Of a stretch of DNA of 64,000 nucleotides, positions 35,822 through 46,159 are shown one piece after another. The notes under the pieces are model-generated. The model saw nothing but the letters and a program-made list of their open reading frames with translations. It made no database searches and was not told the origin of the DNA. A program made the translations under genes and the position numbers. Within the stretch, counting starts at the first letter, position 1. The number at the start of each line of letters is the position of its first letter. The stretch comes from Candidatus Multivorans sp. (GTDB lineage: Bacteria > Acidobacteriota > Thermoanaerobaculia > Multivoradales > Multivoraceae): the NCBI GenBank assembly GCA_965224025.1, contig OZ245033.1:2016001-2080000 (forward strand), in the 5' to 3' direction.

Positions 35822-36943
35822 TCAGGAGACTCCCTCACTCTTCGACGATTTATGGGTGTTCGTAGCGCGCCTGCATCTCAATTCCGCCAAGGCTCGCCAA
35901 ATGTCCTTTGCGACCTCCTCGACCTCACGAGCCACACGCGGTACGTTTCCCAGTTCGATGTCCAGCGCGGTCTTGAATGGCAGCAGCAGATCGCAGGAGG
36001 AAGACCTCTCGATCAGCTCCAGCACGTGAGCGACACCCAGGTCGAGCGATGCGGTCATCAAGGCACTGAGAACCTCCTGTGGAAAGCGATCGAGGGTCGG
36101 AAGAACGTCGAGGGCTGTAGCGAGATCTTTGCTTGAAGCGGCAGGATCGGCCGATGCGCTCGCTTGGACACGAATCAAGAGAGCCCGACAGCGGATCTCC
36201 GGCGGCTGATCTCGACGGTCGCCGAGAACGTAACTAGCCGCCTTTGACGCCATTCCGTAGTTGTGGCTATCCAGTTCGAGTTGGGCTTGGGCCAGCTGTA
36301 CGTGAGCTTTCAACGTCTTGGCTGGTCCGGGGACATCTGTGCCTTTCAGGAGATTGTCGTAGACTCGTCTAGCAGCATCAGGTCTGCCGAGCGCCGTGAG
36401 GATAGTTCCCTTCAACAGGAAGGCCTTCGGTATGCCCTCATCCACTTCCGTCAGGTCACGGCCCCGGAGCCGCTTCTCGAGGGAGTCGAACTCCGCAAGG
36501 GAATCTTCCAGTCTTGAGGTGTTCGCGAAGAGCATGGCTCGCCAACTTATGGCCCTCATGACCAAGCCTTCCATCTCGGCGTCGGCCTCGCTTCCGAAGC
36601 GGCCAACGAGTGCGTTGCACTCCCTCAGCGCTTCCTCTATACGGTCCCGCGGTGGTGGAAGTCGAGCCCGTTCATCCGTCCATTCCGAGATGTCGATCGC
36701 GGCGAGCCGGCTCTTGTAGTCCTCGAGTTCCTGCCGCTGCGCTTCCATCGCCTCGGCGGTGTAGTCGGGCACGCCGTCGACGATCTCAGGCTCCTGGAAG
36801 ACGCGGAACTCCTCGAAGAGCTGGAGCAGGTCGGCGTGGGTGCCGGGCGCGGCCTCTTCGGCGGGTGGCGGCGCCGGGGCGCAGGCGATCGCCAGCGCGA
36901 GCAGGGCGATCAGTGGAGCAAGGCCGGACTTGAAGTGTCGCAT
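35822..36943 (-). other. Chimeric ORF: DUF885-like lipoprotein N-terminus fused to a lower-GC TPR-like C-terminal fragment
   Basis: Lipobox AIAC and GVPDYT..AM motif to ~36675, then abrupt change in base/codon composition and helical-repeat sequence. Confidence 0.6.
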
Positions 36944-36959
36944 CGCAAGGCTCCTTCCA

Positions 36960-38546
36960 TCATTCGGGAATGTTGACCAGGGTGTAGTAGGCCTCCGAGT
37001 GGAGTAGGGCCTGGCCGTCGCCGCCGCGGACGCCGTTGAGGTGCAGTTCGTGGACGTAGCCGGCGCGGAGCGGCTCGACCGTCAGGCGGACGCTCATGGC
37101 GTCGTCGGCCACCCGCGCGGATCGGATGGCGACGCGCCGCTTGTCGTCCTCCGGTCCTCCGTAGCTCGAGCTGAGCCGGTAGGTGTAGCTCTGCATGCGG
37201 TAGGAGGCGGGGTTTCCCGCGCTCTCCGGATCCACCGCCTTGGTGAACGTCAGCTCGAAGCCGTCGGACTGAGCCCGCATCTCGTGGACCTCGAACGGCA
37301 CCGCCCCGGTCCAGACGATCCGCTGCAGACCGTGAGGCTCGGGCCCGACGCCGCCCCAGCCGCGGTCCGACATGCCGGCGAAGAGCGAACCGTCGTCGGC
37401 GAAGGCCAGACGGATCACGCCGCTATCGAGGCCGCGCCGGAAGTTGAAGGCGGCGCCCTGCCAGTGGCCGTCGACCTTCTCCAGGAAGACCCGCATGACC
37501 ATCGCGTGGTGCTGGTCGCCGACGAAGAGCTGGCCTTCGAAGGGCCCGAACTTGCCGCCCGTCGTGTCCCAGCGCAGACCGGACGGGGACTGCCCCATCT
37601 TCACGTAGGGGAACCAGACGGAGGGCATGCGGTAGTTCGGGATCAGTGCGTGCAGGTCCTTCATGTAGGTCCCGCCTTCGGGCTGGCCTTCCGGCGGCGG
37701 TTCGACCTGCGATTCGGGCCGGTGGCTGGACGCCATGCCGTGCGGATGGCCATGGAAGTCCCCGACCTCGATCAGGGAGAGCTTCGAGGCGTTGTTCCAC
37801 TCGCCCTGGTTGTCGGTGTAGAAGACCTCGCCCCAGGGGCTGACCTCGACGCCGGCGGGCGAGCGGAGGCCGGCGGCCACGAACTCGGTGTCGCCGGTCG
37901 CGGGATCGATGCGGGCCGCCCAGCCGCGCCAGGGAGCGAAGCCGTAGGGCTGGTCGCCGAAGGGAATGTTCAGGGTCACCCAGAGCTTGCCGTCCGGCGT
38001 CAGGCGGGGGCCGAAGACGTACTCGTGGTAGTCGCCGCTGGTCTCCCAGGCGTCCGTCACGGTTTCGAAGACGTCGGCGCGGTCGTCGCCGTCGGTGTCC
38101 CTGATCCGGGTCAGTTCCCCGCGCTGGGCGGTGTAGATCCAGCCATCGAGCTCAAGCAGGCCGAGCGGCTGCCCGAGGCCGAACGCGTACTGCTTGAAGA
38201 CCGGCGCCGGCGGATCGCTGAAGGCGTTCTCGACGATGAAGATCTCGCCCCGCCGGGTTCCGGCCATGATCCGGCCGTCCGAGAGCTGCAGCAGTCCGCC
38301 GACCTCCATCGACATCCCCTCCTGGAGGGGCATCGTGAGCAGCCGGTAGTAGAGCTCCTCCGCGGCAGCCTGCGCGCCGATGGCGTCCCGCTGGCGGGCG
38401 AGGAGCTCCTTCTGCGTCTCTTCCTGAAGGCCGTCGTCCAGGGGCTCCTGGGTGAGAAGGGGCAGGGGAAAGGAAACCAGCAGGGCGACCAGCACCGTGG
38501 CGGCGGCACGGCCGGGTTGCATCGTGTTTGCGCTCAGGAGGGCCAT
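36960..38546 (-). CDS. Secreted beta-propeller protein (sorbosone/glucose dehydrogenase-like, DUF7133-type)
   Basis: DTDGDDRAD, DYHEYVFGP, AGLRSPAG, YTDNQGEW, FGPFEGQLFVGD. Confidence 0.78.
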   Translation of the reverse strand: MALLSANTMQPGRAAATVLVALLVSFPLPLLTQEPLDDGLQEETQKELLARQRDAIGAQAAAEELYYRLLTMPLQEGMSMEVGGLLQLSDGRIMAGTRRGEIFIVENAFSDPPAPVFKQYAFGLGQPLGLLELDGWIYTAQRGELTRIRDTDGDDRADVFETVTDAWETSGDYHEYVFGPRLTPDGKLWVTLNIPFGDQPYGFAPWRGWAARIDPATGDTEFVAAGLRSPAGVEVSPWGEVFYTDNQGEWNNASKLSLIEVGDFHGHPHGMASSHRPESQVEPPPEGQPEGGTYMKDLHALIPNYRMPSVWFPYVKMGQSPSGLRWDTTGGKFGPFEGQLFVGDQHHAMVMRVFLEKVDGHWQGAAFNFRRGLDSGVIRLAFADDGSLFAGMSDRGWGGVGPEPHGLQRIVWTGAVPFEVHEMRAQSDGFELTFTKAVDPESAGNPASYRMQSYTYRLSSSYGGPEDDKRRVAIRSARVADDAMSVRLTVEPLRAGYVHELHLNGVRGGDGQALLHSEAYYTLVNIPE

Positions 38547-38551
38547 GAGGA

Positions 38552-41476
38552 TCACCAGGACAGAGTCACGTCGAGCTGGAGCGTTTCGCCTGGTGCGAGG
38601 TCGATCCGCTGCAGGAGCTGGCGGACGCCCTGGGACTCCCGGACGAACGGCGCAAGTTCCGCTTCGGAGGCAATCGATACGTCGAGCTGGCCATCGACGC
38701 TCCATGAGCGCTCCGATGTCGAGGCGATCTCCTCGCCCTCGGCCAGCAGCAGATAGAGCGGACGGGGGTCCGGGCCGGCGGCAAGGCGGAAGCGGCGGAT
38801 CAGGTCCGTGCCGCCACCGCTGCGCAGCGGCGCCGGCGCCTCCTCGATCAGGAGGTCATGCAGGCGGTAGCGCAGCACCGGTTTGCCCTCGTCGTCGAGC
38901 CGGTAGCCGAGGAAGCGGCCGCCCACGTTCCGGTCGTTCCGCCCGGCGATGGGCCACGGGCTATCGATGTCGCTCAGGCTTGCTATGGCCGGGCCCGGTG
39001 GAAGATCCAGCACGTCCGTGCCGTAAGGGCCGAAGAACTGGCCCGCGCGGCCCTGCCAGGTGCCCCTGGCATTGAAGAAACCGCCGCGCCAGACCTTCGC
39101 CAGGCGGATGTTGTTCGCATCGAAGGCGACGTGGACGTTCTCCGGGTAGCCGATGGCAATCGACCGTGGGCCGACATCGATCATGAAGGTCCGGAACACG
39201 ATCGGCCGCTGGTCCGGGACCAGGACCATTTCGGAGCCGATGTTCGCGCCCTCGGGCGCGGGCATGGAAGTGCCGAGCGAGAGGGCGCTCCAGATCGCAT
39301 CGATCTGGCCATCCATCGAACCGCCTCCGAGATGCTGGAAGTTGACGACACCTTCGGGCCAGAACGAGGGCATGCGGGTTCCCGGGCGGATTGCGGCCGG
39401 ATCCCGCAGGAACCGCGCGACCCATCCGGGCCGCAACCGGTCGTAGACCGTGGCCAGGTCGATCGTCGAGACGCCCAGGGCGGGATGGACGTGTACGTTG
39501 TGGCACGTGATGCAGCTCATGCTGGCCTCGCCCAGCAGTTCGATCCCGTCGGAGGCCGCTTCGGTCGAGAACGCCGGCTGGAGCAGGTCGCCGGCGGTGG
39601 CGTCGACGGTCGTCAGGGCATCGGCGAGCTGTTTGATCGTTGCCCCGGCGAAGCTCGGCATCCTCACTTCCATGAAGTCGCGGCGAACGTGCAGTTCGTC
39701 GCTGCCCAGGATCGAGCGCAGCGCTTCCGGCTTCAGCTTGCCGCCGGCGCCGTCGAGAGGAGGCGGTAGCCGCCCCTCGTCGCCGAGGTCCTGGCCGCCG
39801 ACGACGGCGAAGTGGCTCGCGCGCACAGGAGCCGGGCCGCCCACCGCCACCGTACCGGCCTCTCGGCGATGGCAGCCATAGCAGTTGTAGCTCGCCATCG
39901 CGTGGACGATCCGGTCGGCCGGTGTCCGGGACGTAGCGAGATCTGGAAGAGCCTGGAGAGCCGCTCGAATCGCGCGCTTCTGCCGATCGGCGAGCCGGTA
40001 CCGCGGCGAGTAGACGCCGGTGTGCATGGCGGCGCCGCCTTCGACCGCCGCCGGATCGAGGTCGGTGAGCGCCGGTGGGGTCGTGACGTCCCGCCGGTCG
40101 GGTTGGATTCCCGCGTAGCCGTGGCATGAGGCACAGCCGTGGCGGACGAAGAGGCGGGCGCCCCAGCCGGCCTCCTCCGCTTCCACGGAGACCAGGGCGC
40201 CGCCGCCCGGCCGCAGCCGTACGTTCTCGTAGGTTGTGTAGTCCTCAAGCGCCGCGCCCTCGGGTAGGGCATCGCCGGCGAGGCCCACCGCAAGAAACGG
40301 TTCCTGCGTGTCGCCGCGAATGAAGTACGTCACCGTGACCGGATGGTCCCCGACCTCGAGTTGGAGTTCGGCGTCCGTTTCGCGAGCGCTGCCACCTGGC
40401 TTGGTGGCGACCAATTCGCCGTCGACCGCCAGCGAGGAGCCGGAGCGGCGGTCCGAGGCCAGGCTGAACGTGTAGCGCCCGGTCTCGGGCACGCTCATCA
40501 GGCCCGTGAATCGAAAGGCATGGTTGCCGTAGTTCATCTCGACCGGCAGGCGTAGTGACAGCCGGCCGATCCGGCCCTCGGCGGCCGGTTCGAGCGTGTC
40601 GAGGTCAAGAGGCGGTCGGTTGAAGAAGCCCGCGACGTCCTCGTCCTGCATCGGGTCGAGGTAGTACTCGAACTCGAAGCCGCCGCGACGCTCGACGACC
40701 AGCGGCTCCTGGTCCCTGAGCAGGTAGATCGCGAGATCCTCCGCCTCTCCTGGTGTCAGGTAGAGGGACGGCATGCGTCCGCTCGGCCGCACGGACCGGG
40801 GATCGAGGAGGAAGCGCGTCAGTGCCGCGACCGAGGTCTTCGCCGCCAGGTCGGGTAAGGGGACGGAGGGGATCGCCGGTTCGGCGCCGGATGCCTCGGG
40901 CGCGTGGCAGGCGACGCAGCCGATCGAGTGGAACAGCCCGCGTCCCCGATCCACGGTGGCCCGGAACCGGAACACCGGGAACTCCGCGGACACGTCGGCC
41001 GATCCCTGAGCCGAAACGGCCGGTTCCTCCTTCTCGAAGAACAGGTGGCGGGCAAGCAACCGTGCCGTCCGGTCGCGATCCGCGGCCTCGAGGGAGTGAA
41101 GAACCTCCGGCATTGCCGTGCCCGGCTTCTCGGTTGCCGGCGAGGCGAGATAGGCGGTGAGCCACTCAACAGTGACCCGCTCCTTGAGCGCCGCGAGGTC
41201 GGGCGCAGCGCGCGCGAGTAGCCGTCCGGACAGCTCCGGGGCCGATTCATGGCAGGACAGGCAGTTCAGCTCACCGAGCAGGACTTCGCCGAGCGCCGCG
41301 TCGCCGGCGGCCCCGGCCAGTCGAAGGTGCTCGTAGCCCGGTACGACCGGCGTCGCTACCGCCTGCGCCGCGGGCTGAGCCTGAGCCGCCACGCCCCACG
41401 CTACGGTTGCGGCTGTGCAGACGAGCCAGCCGGACCACTTCGGGTACGTCGCGCGGCGGCCGATCACAATGGCCAC
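38552..41476 (-). CDS. Multiheme c-type cytochrome with PA14 domain
   Basis: CLSCH, CVACH, CASCH, CYGCH, CITCH; PA14-like FTGLMSVPETGRYTFSLASD. Confidence 0.85.
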   Translation of the reverse strand: MAIVIGRRATYPKWSGWLVCTAATVAWGVAAQAQPAAQAVATPVVPGYEHLRLAGAAGDAALGEVLLGELNCLSCHESAPELSGRLLARAAPDLAALKERVTVEWLTAYLASPATEKPGTAMPEVLHSLEAADRDRTARLLARHLFFEKEEPAVSAQGSADVSAEFPVFRFRATVDRGRGLFHSIGCVACHAPEASGAEPAIPSVPLPDLAAKTSVAALTRFLLDPRSVRPSGRMPSLYLTPGEAEDLAIYLLRDQEPLVVERRGGFEFEYYLDPMQDEDVAGFFNRPPLDLDTLEPAAEGRIGRLSLRLPVEMNYGNHAFRFTGLMSVPETGRYTFSLASDRRSGSSLAVDGELVATKPGGSARETDAELQLEVGDHPVTVTYFIRGDTQEPFLAVGLAGDALPEGAALEDYTTYENVRLRPGGGALVSVEAEEAGWGARLFVRHGCASCHGYAGIQPDRRDVTTPPALTDLDPAAVEGGAAMHTGVYSPRYRLADRQKRAIRAALQALPDLATSRTPADRIVHAMASYNCYGCHRREAGTVAVGGPAPVRASHFAVVGGQDLGDEGRLPPPLDGAGGKLKPEALRSILGSDELHVRRDFMEVRMPSFAGATIKQLADALTTVDATAGDLLQPAFSTEAASDGIELLGEASMSCITCHNVHVHPALGVSTIDLATVYDRLRPGWVARFLRDPAAIRPGTRMPSFWPEGVVNFQHLGGGSMDGQIDAIWSALSLGTSMPAPEGANIGSEMVLVPDQRPIVFRTFMIDVGPRSIAIGYPENVHVAFDANNIRLAKVWRGGFFNARGTWQGRAGQFFGPYGTDVLDLPPGPAIASLSDIDSPWPIAGRNDRNVGGRFLGYRLDDEGKPVLRYRLHDLLIEEAPAPLRSGGGTDLIRRFRLAAGPDPRPLYLLLAEGEEIASTSERSWSVDGQLDVSIASEAELAPFVRESQGVRQLLQRIDLAPGETLQLDVTLSW

Positions 41477-42429
41477 TCAAGGTGTTCGGGGGTGACAACG
41501 GACGGCTCGTTCGGTCCGGGGAAGACAGCAGGCACGCCGATCGTCACTTCGCCGGTAGCGACGCACTCCGTACCCCGTGCAAGCACGGTCTGGAAACCGA
41601 CGCAGTGCAGGGAGGCGCCGGCGGGCTCGGACTCGTCGTTGTAGTGCCCCATCGGGATATGGAACACACGGCCTCGGCCGTAGGTGACGAGCATCAGCAT
41701 CGGCTCGGATTCACCCGTGACCAGGGAGTTGGCGTGCGCCAGGACCTCGACGTTTGCGGCCGGACCGCGGAGCGAGGCGTAGAGCTCGTCCGCCGCGTGC
41801 ATCCACTCGGTCGGCAGGCCGGCCAGAATGGGGTGGTCGGGCTGGTCGTGGATGACTTGGAACTCCCGGATGCGACCGTGCCGCCCGCTCGGCCCCTCGT
41901 CGGGTGAGGTCGCGGCCCAGGCGCCGTCGATCTTGCGCAGGATGGATCCCGAAACGCCGGCGCGGCGTCCGCCCCAACCGCCGACCGCGATCATCTCGTT
42001 GTACCCGACCCAGTCCGCGGCGTGATTGTCGGCGGCGTGGACGGAGACGAAGCCGCCGCCCTCACGAACGAACGCCTCGAAGTCGGCCCGCGCGTCGGCC
42101 GACCAGTACGGCTCGCAACCCCCGTCTTCCCGCTCGCAGTCGCTGTTGAAGTTGCTGACCACGACCGCGTAGTCGGAGAAGGCCGGTCGCCAGGCCTCCC
42201 ACTCCTCTCGCGTCGCACGCCGGTTGGGCGAGGTGCTGACTTCAACGGCGAAGCGGCCCGTTCGCTCGATCGTCGCCTTGACGGCGGCGGTGGTCCTCGC
42301 CCAGCCGTGGTTGTTCACGCCGTCGATGATCAGTACCGGGATTCTCGCGCTGATTCCGGCTGATTCCGGCTGCGGCGCCGTGCAGGCCCAGGCCAGACCG
42401 AGGATCGCGATGGAGCGAGAAAGGAACAT
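41464..42429 (-). CDS. ThuA-like domain lipoprotein
   Basis: VLIIDGVNNHGW, GGGFVSVHAADN, DELYASLRGP, YGRGRVFH..MGH. Confidence 0.85.
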   Translation of the reverse strand: MFLSRSIAILGLAWACTAPQPESAGISARIPVLIIDGVNNHGWARTTAAVKATIERTGRFAVEVSTSPNRRATREEWEAWRPAFSDYAVVVSNFNSDCEREDGGCEPYWSADARADFEAFVREGGGFVSVHAADNHAADWVGYNEMIAVGGWGGRRAGVSGSILRKIDGAWAATSPDEGPSGRHGRIREFQVIHDQPDHPILAGLPTEWMHAADELYASLRGPAANVEVLAHANSLVTGESEPMLMLVTYGRGRVFHIPMGHYNDESEPAGASLHCVGFQTVLARGTECVATGEVTIGVPAVFPGPNEPSVVTPEHLEWPL

Positions 42430-42486
42430 TCGACCGACGAGGGATCACCATACAGGAGCAGATGCCGCGGCAACTAGGATCGGACA

Positions 42487-44286
42487 GTGAATGCTGCGAA
42501 GACAGGCTTGGGTGCTCTTGTCCTCGCGATGCCCCTCGCCTGCTCGTCCGACCTGGGCGACACTTCCGCGCCGCCGGCAGGTATCCCTCACCCGGAACTG
42601 GCGGACCTGGAACCGCCTCTCGCCCGGGAGATCGAGGCCCGGCGTGCCGGCCTGGACGCCTTGCTCGCGAACGAGGATGCCAGCGCCGCCGACCGGGCCC
42701 AGGCCTTAGGCAACCTGGGCCGGCTGTACCAGGCCCACCGCCTGCTGGAACCGGCGCTCGCGTGCTACCGGGAAGCGCACGCGCTCGATCCCGAGTCATT
42801 CGCCTGGGCCTACTACCTCGGCGTTCTCGCGGCCGGCGCCGGTGACATCGAGACCGCGCGGCCGGCGTTCCGCCACGCCCTCGACCTTCGAGCCGACGAC
42901 GCGCCGACCCTGGTCAGGCTCGCCGACCTCGAGCTCGAACAGGCTCAGGTCGACGAAGCGGAGCTCCTCTATGTGCGGGCAGCGGTGGAGGAGGACTCGG
43001 CCGCCGTTGCCTATGGGATGGGCCGGGTCGCCGAAGAGCGGGGCGCATACGCGGAAGCCATCGGACAGTTCGAGCGGGCATTGACCCTCCAGCCGGGAGC
43101 TTCCGTCGTCCACTACCACCTCGGCCAGGCCTACCGCGAGTTGGGCGAGTTCGACCGGGCCGAAGAAGCGCTGGCGCGGAGCGGCCCGAACCGTGTCGCC
43201 ATGGCCGATCCGCTGATGCACGAGTTGACGACGCTCGCCATCGGCGCCTTGCCCCACCTTGCCCGAGGCCATGCCGCCGCCCGCGAAGGTCGACTGGCCG
43301 ACGCGGAATCCGCCTACCGCCAGGCGGTGGCGGCCGACGCAACGAACGTGCGCGCGCACGAGAGCCTGACGACGCTGCTGGTCCGCCGCGGCGATCCGGA
43401 GGGGGCAATCGAGCACTTCGGCGTCGCCGTCCGGCTGGAGCCGGAGAATGCCCGTGCCCACTCGGACCTCGGCGTGCTCCTGGCTGAACTGGGGCGCAAC
43501 GACCGCGCACTGGAGCACCTCGGCCGGGCGGTCGAACTCGAACCGGGGCTGGTGGAGGCGGTGCTGGCCCTCGGCAACGTCCAGACCCGAACGGGCCGCC
43601 TCGCGGACGCCGAGACGGCCTTTCGCCAGGTGCTGGAGAGCGACCCCGGGAACGGCGAGGCCCGGCTCGGACTCGGTGCGGTACTGGCGCAGACCGGCAA
43701 CTACGAACGGGCCGTCGTGGAATTGAGAGAGGCGTTGCGCCTCGCACCCGAAGCCGAGCATGCGCCCCGCGTTCATTTCGGCCTCGCCGAGGCCCTGGTT
43801 CGCACCGGCCGGCTCGAGGAGGCCCTGCCGCACTACACCCGGGTGCGCGAACTCGCACCGGGAGAGAGCCTCGCCTGGCTGCGCGAGGCGACGGTGTTGA
43901 TGGGGCTGGGGCGTTTCGCGGAGGCCAAGGCGGTGCTCGAAGCGCGGCTGCGCGTCGACTCGACGGACGAGCGGGCCGCTCACTCGCTGGCGAGACTGCT
44001 CGCCGGCGCGCCGGATGCGTCACTCCGGGACGGCCCGCGGGCCCTGTCCATCGCGGGTGCGCTACTTCAAGCGGCCGAGTCGGCGCCGAACGCCGAGACC
44101 GCCGCGATGGGTCTGGCCGAAGTCGGCCGCTTCGACGAGGCGATCAGCATCCAGCGCACTCTCGTCGAGGAGGCACGCCGGCAAGGTCGGGCGGGCGATG
44201 AGCGGCGGCTCGCTCGGAACCTGGAGCGCTATGAAGGCGGCGAGGCGTGCTGCGCCCGGGCCGCGGACGCGTTTCCGCCGTATTGA
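42487..44286 (+). CDS. Tetratricopeptide-repeat lipoprotein
   Basis: LAC lipobox; many TPRs; C-terminal LARLLA...RDGPRAL motif. Confidence 0.88.
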   Translation: MNAAKTGLGALVLAMPLACSSDLGDTSAPPAGIPHPELADLEPPLAREIEARRAGLDALLANEDASAADRAQALGNLGRLYQAHRLLEPALACYREAHALDPESFAWAYYLGVLAAGAGDIETARPAFRHALDLRADDAPTLVRLADLELEQAQVDEAELLYVRAAVEEDSAAVAYGMGRVAEERGAYAEAIGQFERALTLQPGASVVHYHLGQAYRELGEFDRAEEALARSGPNRVAMADPLMHELTTLAIGALPHLARGHAAAREGRLADAESAYRQAVAADATNVRAHESLTTLLVRRGDPEGAIEHFGVAVRLEPENARAHSDLGVLLAELGRNDRALEHLGRAVELEPGLVEAVLALGNVQTRTGRLADAETAFRQVLESDPGNGEARLGLGAVLAQTGNYERAVVELREALRLAPEAEHAPRVHFGLAEALVRTGRLEEALPHYTRVRELAPGESLAWLREATVLMGLGRFAEAKAVLEARLRVDSTDERAAHSLARLLAGAPDASLRDGPRALSIAGALLQAAESAPNAETAAMGLAEVGRFDEAISIQRTLVEEARRQGRAGDERRLARNLERYEGGEACCARAADAFPPY

Positions 44287-44301
44287 GAGCGCCTCTCGGG
44301 C

Positions 44302-46131
44302 TTACCGCTGCGGGCCGACCGCTTCTCCGTCGCCCTGAACCAACTCCTGGTACTCCCCGACTCGCACGCCCGTCCACTGCTCGACCGTGCCATCCGGCCA
44401 ACGGACCTCGACGTGGCTGACGGCGGCGTTCGCGCCATCGCCCAAGCCGGCCAGCACCCGCGGATCGCGGGCTGACGCGTAGCTGCCGTCGGTGTGGACG
44501 TGGCGCCAGATCGGCGCTGCGCCCTGCCGGTGGATCAGGACCTGGGCGCCCAGGGCGTCGCGGTTGTGGGACACGAGTCTCAAGCCCAGCCAGGGCTTGT
44601 CCTGACCGACCTGGTTCAGGAGCAGACGGGTCGGTGCGTTGCTGTTGACGACGACGACGTCCAGGTCGCCGTCGTTGTCGACGTCGCCGAAGGCGGCGGC
44701 GCGGCTGACTTCGGACTCGTCGAAGACCGCGCCAGCCTCGGCCGTGACTTCCGCGAAGCTGCCGTCGCCGAGGTTGTGGAAGAGCTGGTCCGTCTGCCGC
44801 AGCGGGTAGGGGTCGCCTTCCCGGATCAACGCGTCCATGCCGATCACGGCGCCGTTGACGACGAGCACGTCGAGCCAGGAGTCGTTGTCGTAGTCGATCC
44901 AGCCGATGCCGAAGGCGGTGAACGGCAGGCTCGGCGGCCCGAGTTGGGTCGACGCCGATTGGTCCCGGAACAGTCCTGTGCCGCCGTTGACGTAGAGGGT
45001 GTTCGTCTCCTGTTCCAGGTGGCTGACGACGATGTCGGGATAGCCGTCGCCGTCGAAGTCCCCGGCGTCGACGCCCATGCCGGCCTCGGGCTGGCCTTCG
45101 CGGTTGACGGCGACTCCGGCCAGGAGGGCGTTGTCGGCGAAAGTCCCGTCGCCCCGGTTGATCCACAGCCGGTTCCACATCAGGTCGTTCGCTACGTAGA
45201 GGTCGATCCAGCGGTCGCCGTTGAAGTCGGCGGCAACGGCGCCGAGCCCCGAGCCGGTCTCGGCGCCGATTCCCGAGGCAGTCGACACGTCCTCGAAGGT
45301 GCCGTCGCCCCTGTTCCGGAACAGGCTGTCGGCTGCCGGCCGGTAGGCGCCGGGGGCGCAGTACGTCAGTACGCCGCTCGGGAGCGGGCACGGCTTGTGG
45401 TCCGCCAGCGAGTAGTCGACGTAGTTGCCGACGTAGAGGTCCAGCCAGCCGTCGCGGTCGAAGTCGAAGAACGTGGCGGCGACGGACCAGCGGGGATCGT
45501 CGGCGCCCGAGGCGGCCGTGACGTCGTCGAACGTGCCGTCGCCGCGGTTTCGCAGTAACTGGTTGGCGCCGAAGTTCGTGACGTAGAGGTCCGTCCAATC
45601 GTCGTTGTCGAAGTCGCCCGTGGTGACGCCCATGCCGTAGCCGGCGGCTTCGATGCGGCTGGCGCCGGTGACGTCGGTGAAACGGAGGTTGGCGCTGGCG
45701 GCGCCGGGTTCCAGGTCGTTGCGGTAGAGGCGGTCGGTGAGCGGCGTGCCGGGAGGCGGCGGAAACAAGGCGTCCTCGAGCGTGAGGTTGGGGCCGATCA
45801 TCCGGCCCTGGAGGAGGTAGACGTCCAGGTCGCCGTCGTTGTCGAAGTCGAACAGGGCCGCGCCGCCGCCCATGATCTCGTTGAAGTAGTGCTCGCCGGA
45901 CATACCGTTGAAGTAGACGAAGTCGAGGTTCGCGGCGGGGGCGGCGTCGATGAAGATGGACGGTGGAGCGGCGATGTTGGGGTCGGGGGCTGGACTGCAG
46001 GAGGCGAGGAAGAACGTGAGGGCGAGGGCGATGTACTGGCTCGCCGCTTCGCGGCATCGCGCTTGATGCGGACCAGAGGGTCCGCGCACCCAGAGAACGG
46101 ACGTCGGCTTGGCGGGGTTCTCTACATCCAT
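44302..46131 (-). CDS. CRTAC1-family protein (FG-GAP + ASPIC/UnbV)
   Basis: EIMGGGAALFDFDNDGDLD, repeated DxDxDG motifs, GSYASARDPR; start uncertain. Confidence 0.9.
   Translation of the reverse strand: MDVENPAKPTSVLWVRGPSGPHQARCREAASQYIALALTFFLASCSPAPDPNIAAPPSIFIDAAPAANLDFVYFNGMSGEHYFNEIMGGGAALFDFDNDGDLDVYLLQGRMIGPNLTLEDALFPPPPGTPLTDRLYRNDLEPGAASANLRFTDVTGASRIEAAGYGMGVTTGDFDNDDWTDLYVTNFGANQLLRNRGDGTFDDVTAASGADDPRWSVAATFFDFDRDGWLDLYVGNYVDYSLADHKPCPLPSGVLTYCAPGAYRPAADSLFRNRGDGTFEDVSTASGIGAETGSGLGAVAADFNGDRWIDLYVANDLMWNRLWINRGDGTFADNALLAGVAVNREGQPEAGMGVDAGDFDGDGYPDIVVSHLEQETNTLYVNGGTGLFRDQSASTQLGPPSLPFTAFGIGWIDYDNDSWLDVLVVNGAVIGMDALIREGDPYPLRQTDQLFHNLGDGSFAEVTAEAGAVFDESEVSRAAAFGDVDNDGDLDVVVVNSNAPTRLLLNQVGQDKPWLGLRLVSHNRDALGAQVLIHRQGAAPIWRHVHTDGSYASARDPRVLAGLGDGANAAVSHVEVRWPDGTVEQWTGVRVGEYQELVQGDGEAVGPQR
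46038..46107 (+). repeat. REP-family variant (GCGGACCAGAGGGTCCGCGCACCCAG) with flanks; copy at 61083-61151
   Basis: Near-identical ~70-bp copies. Confidence 0.85.
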
Positions 46132-46159
46132 GCGCTGGGGTGCCGGGCGGCGGGGAAGC

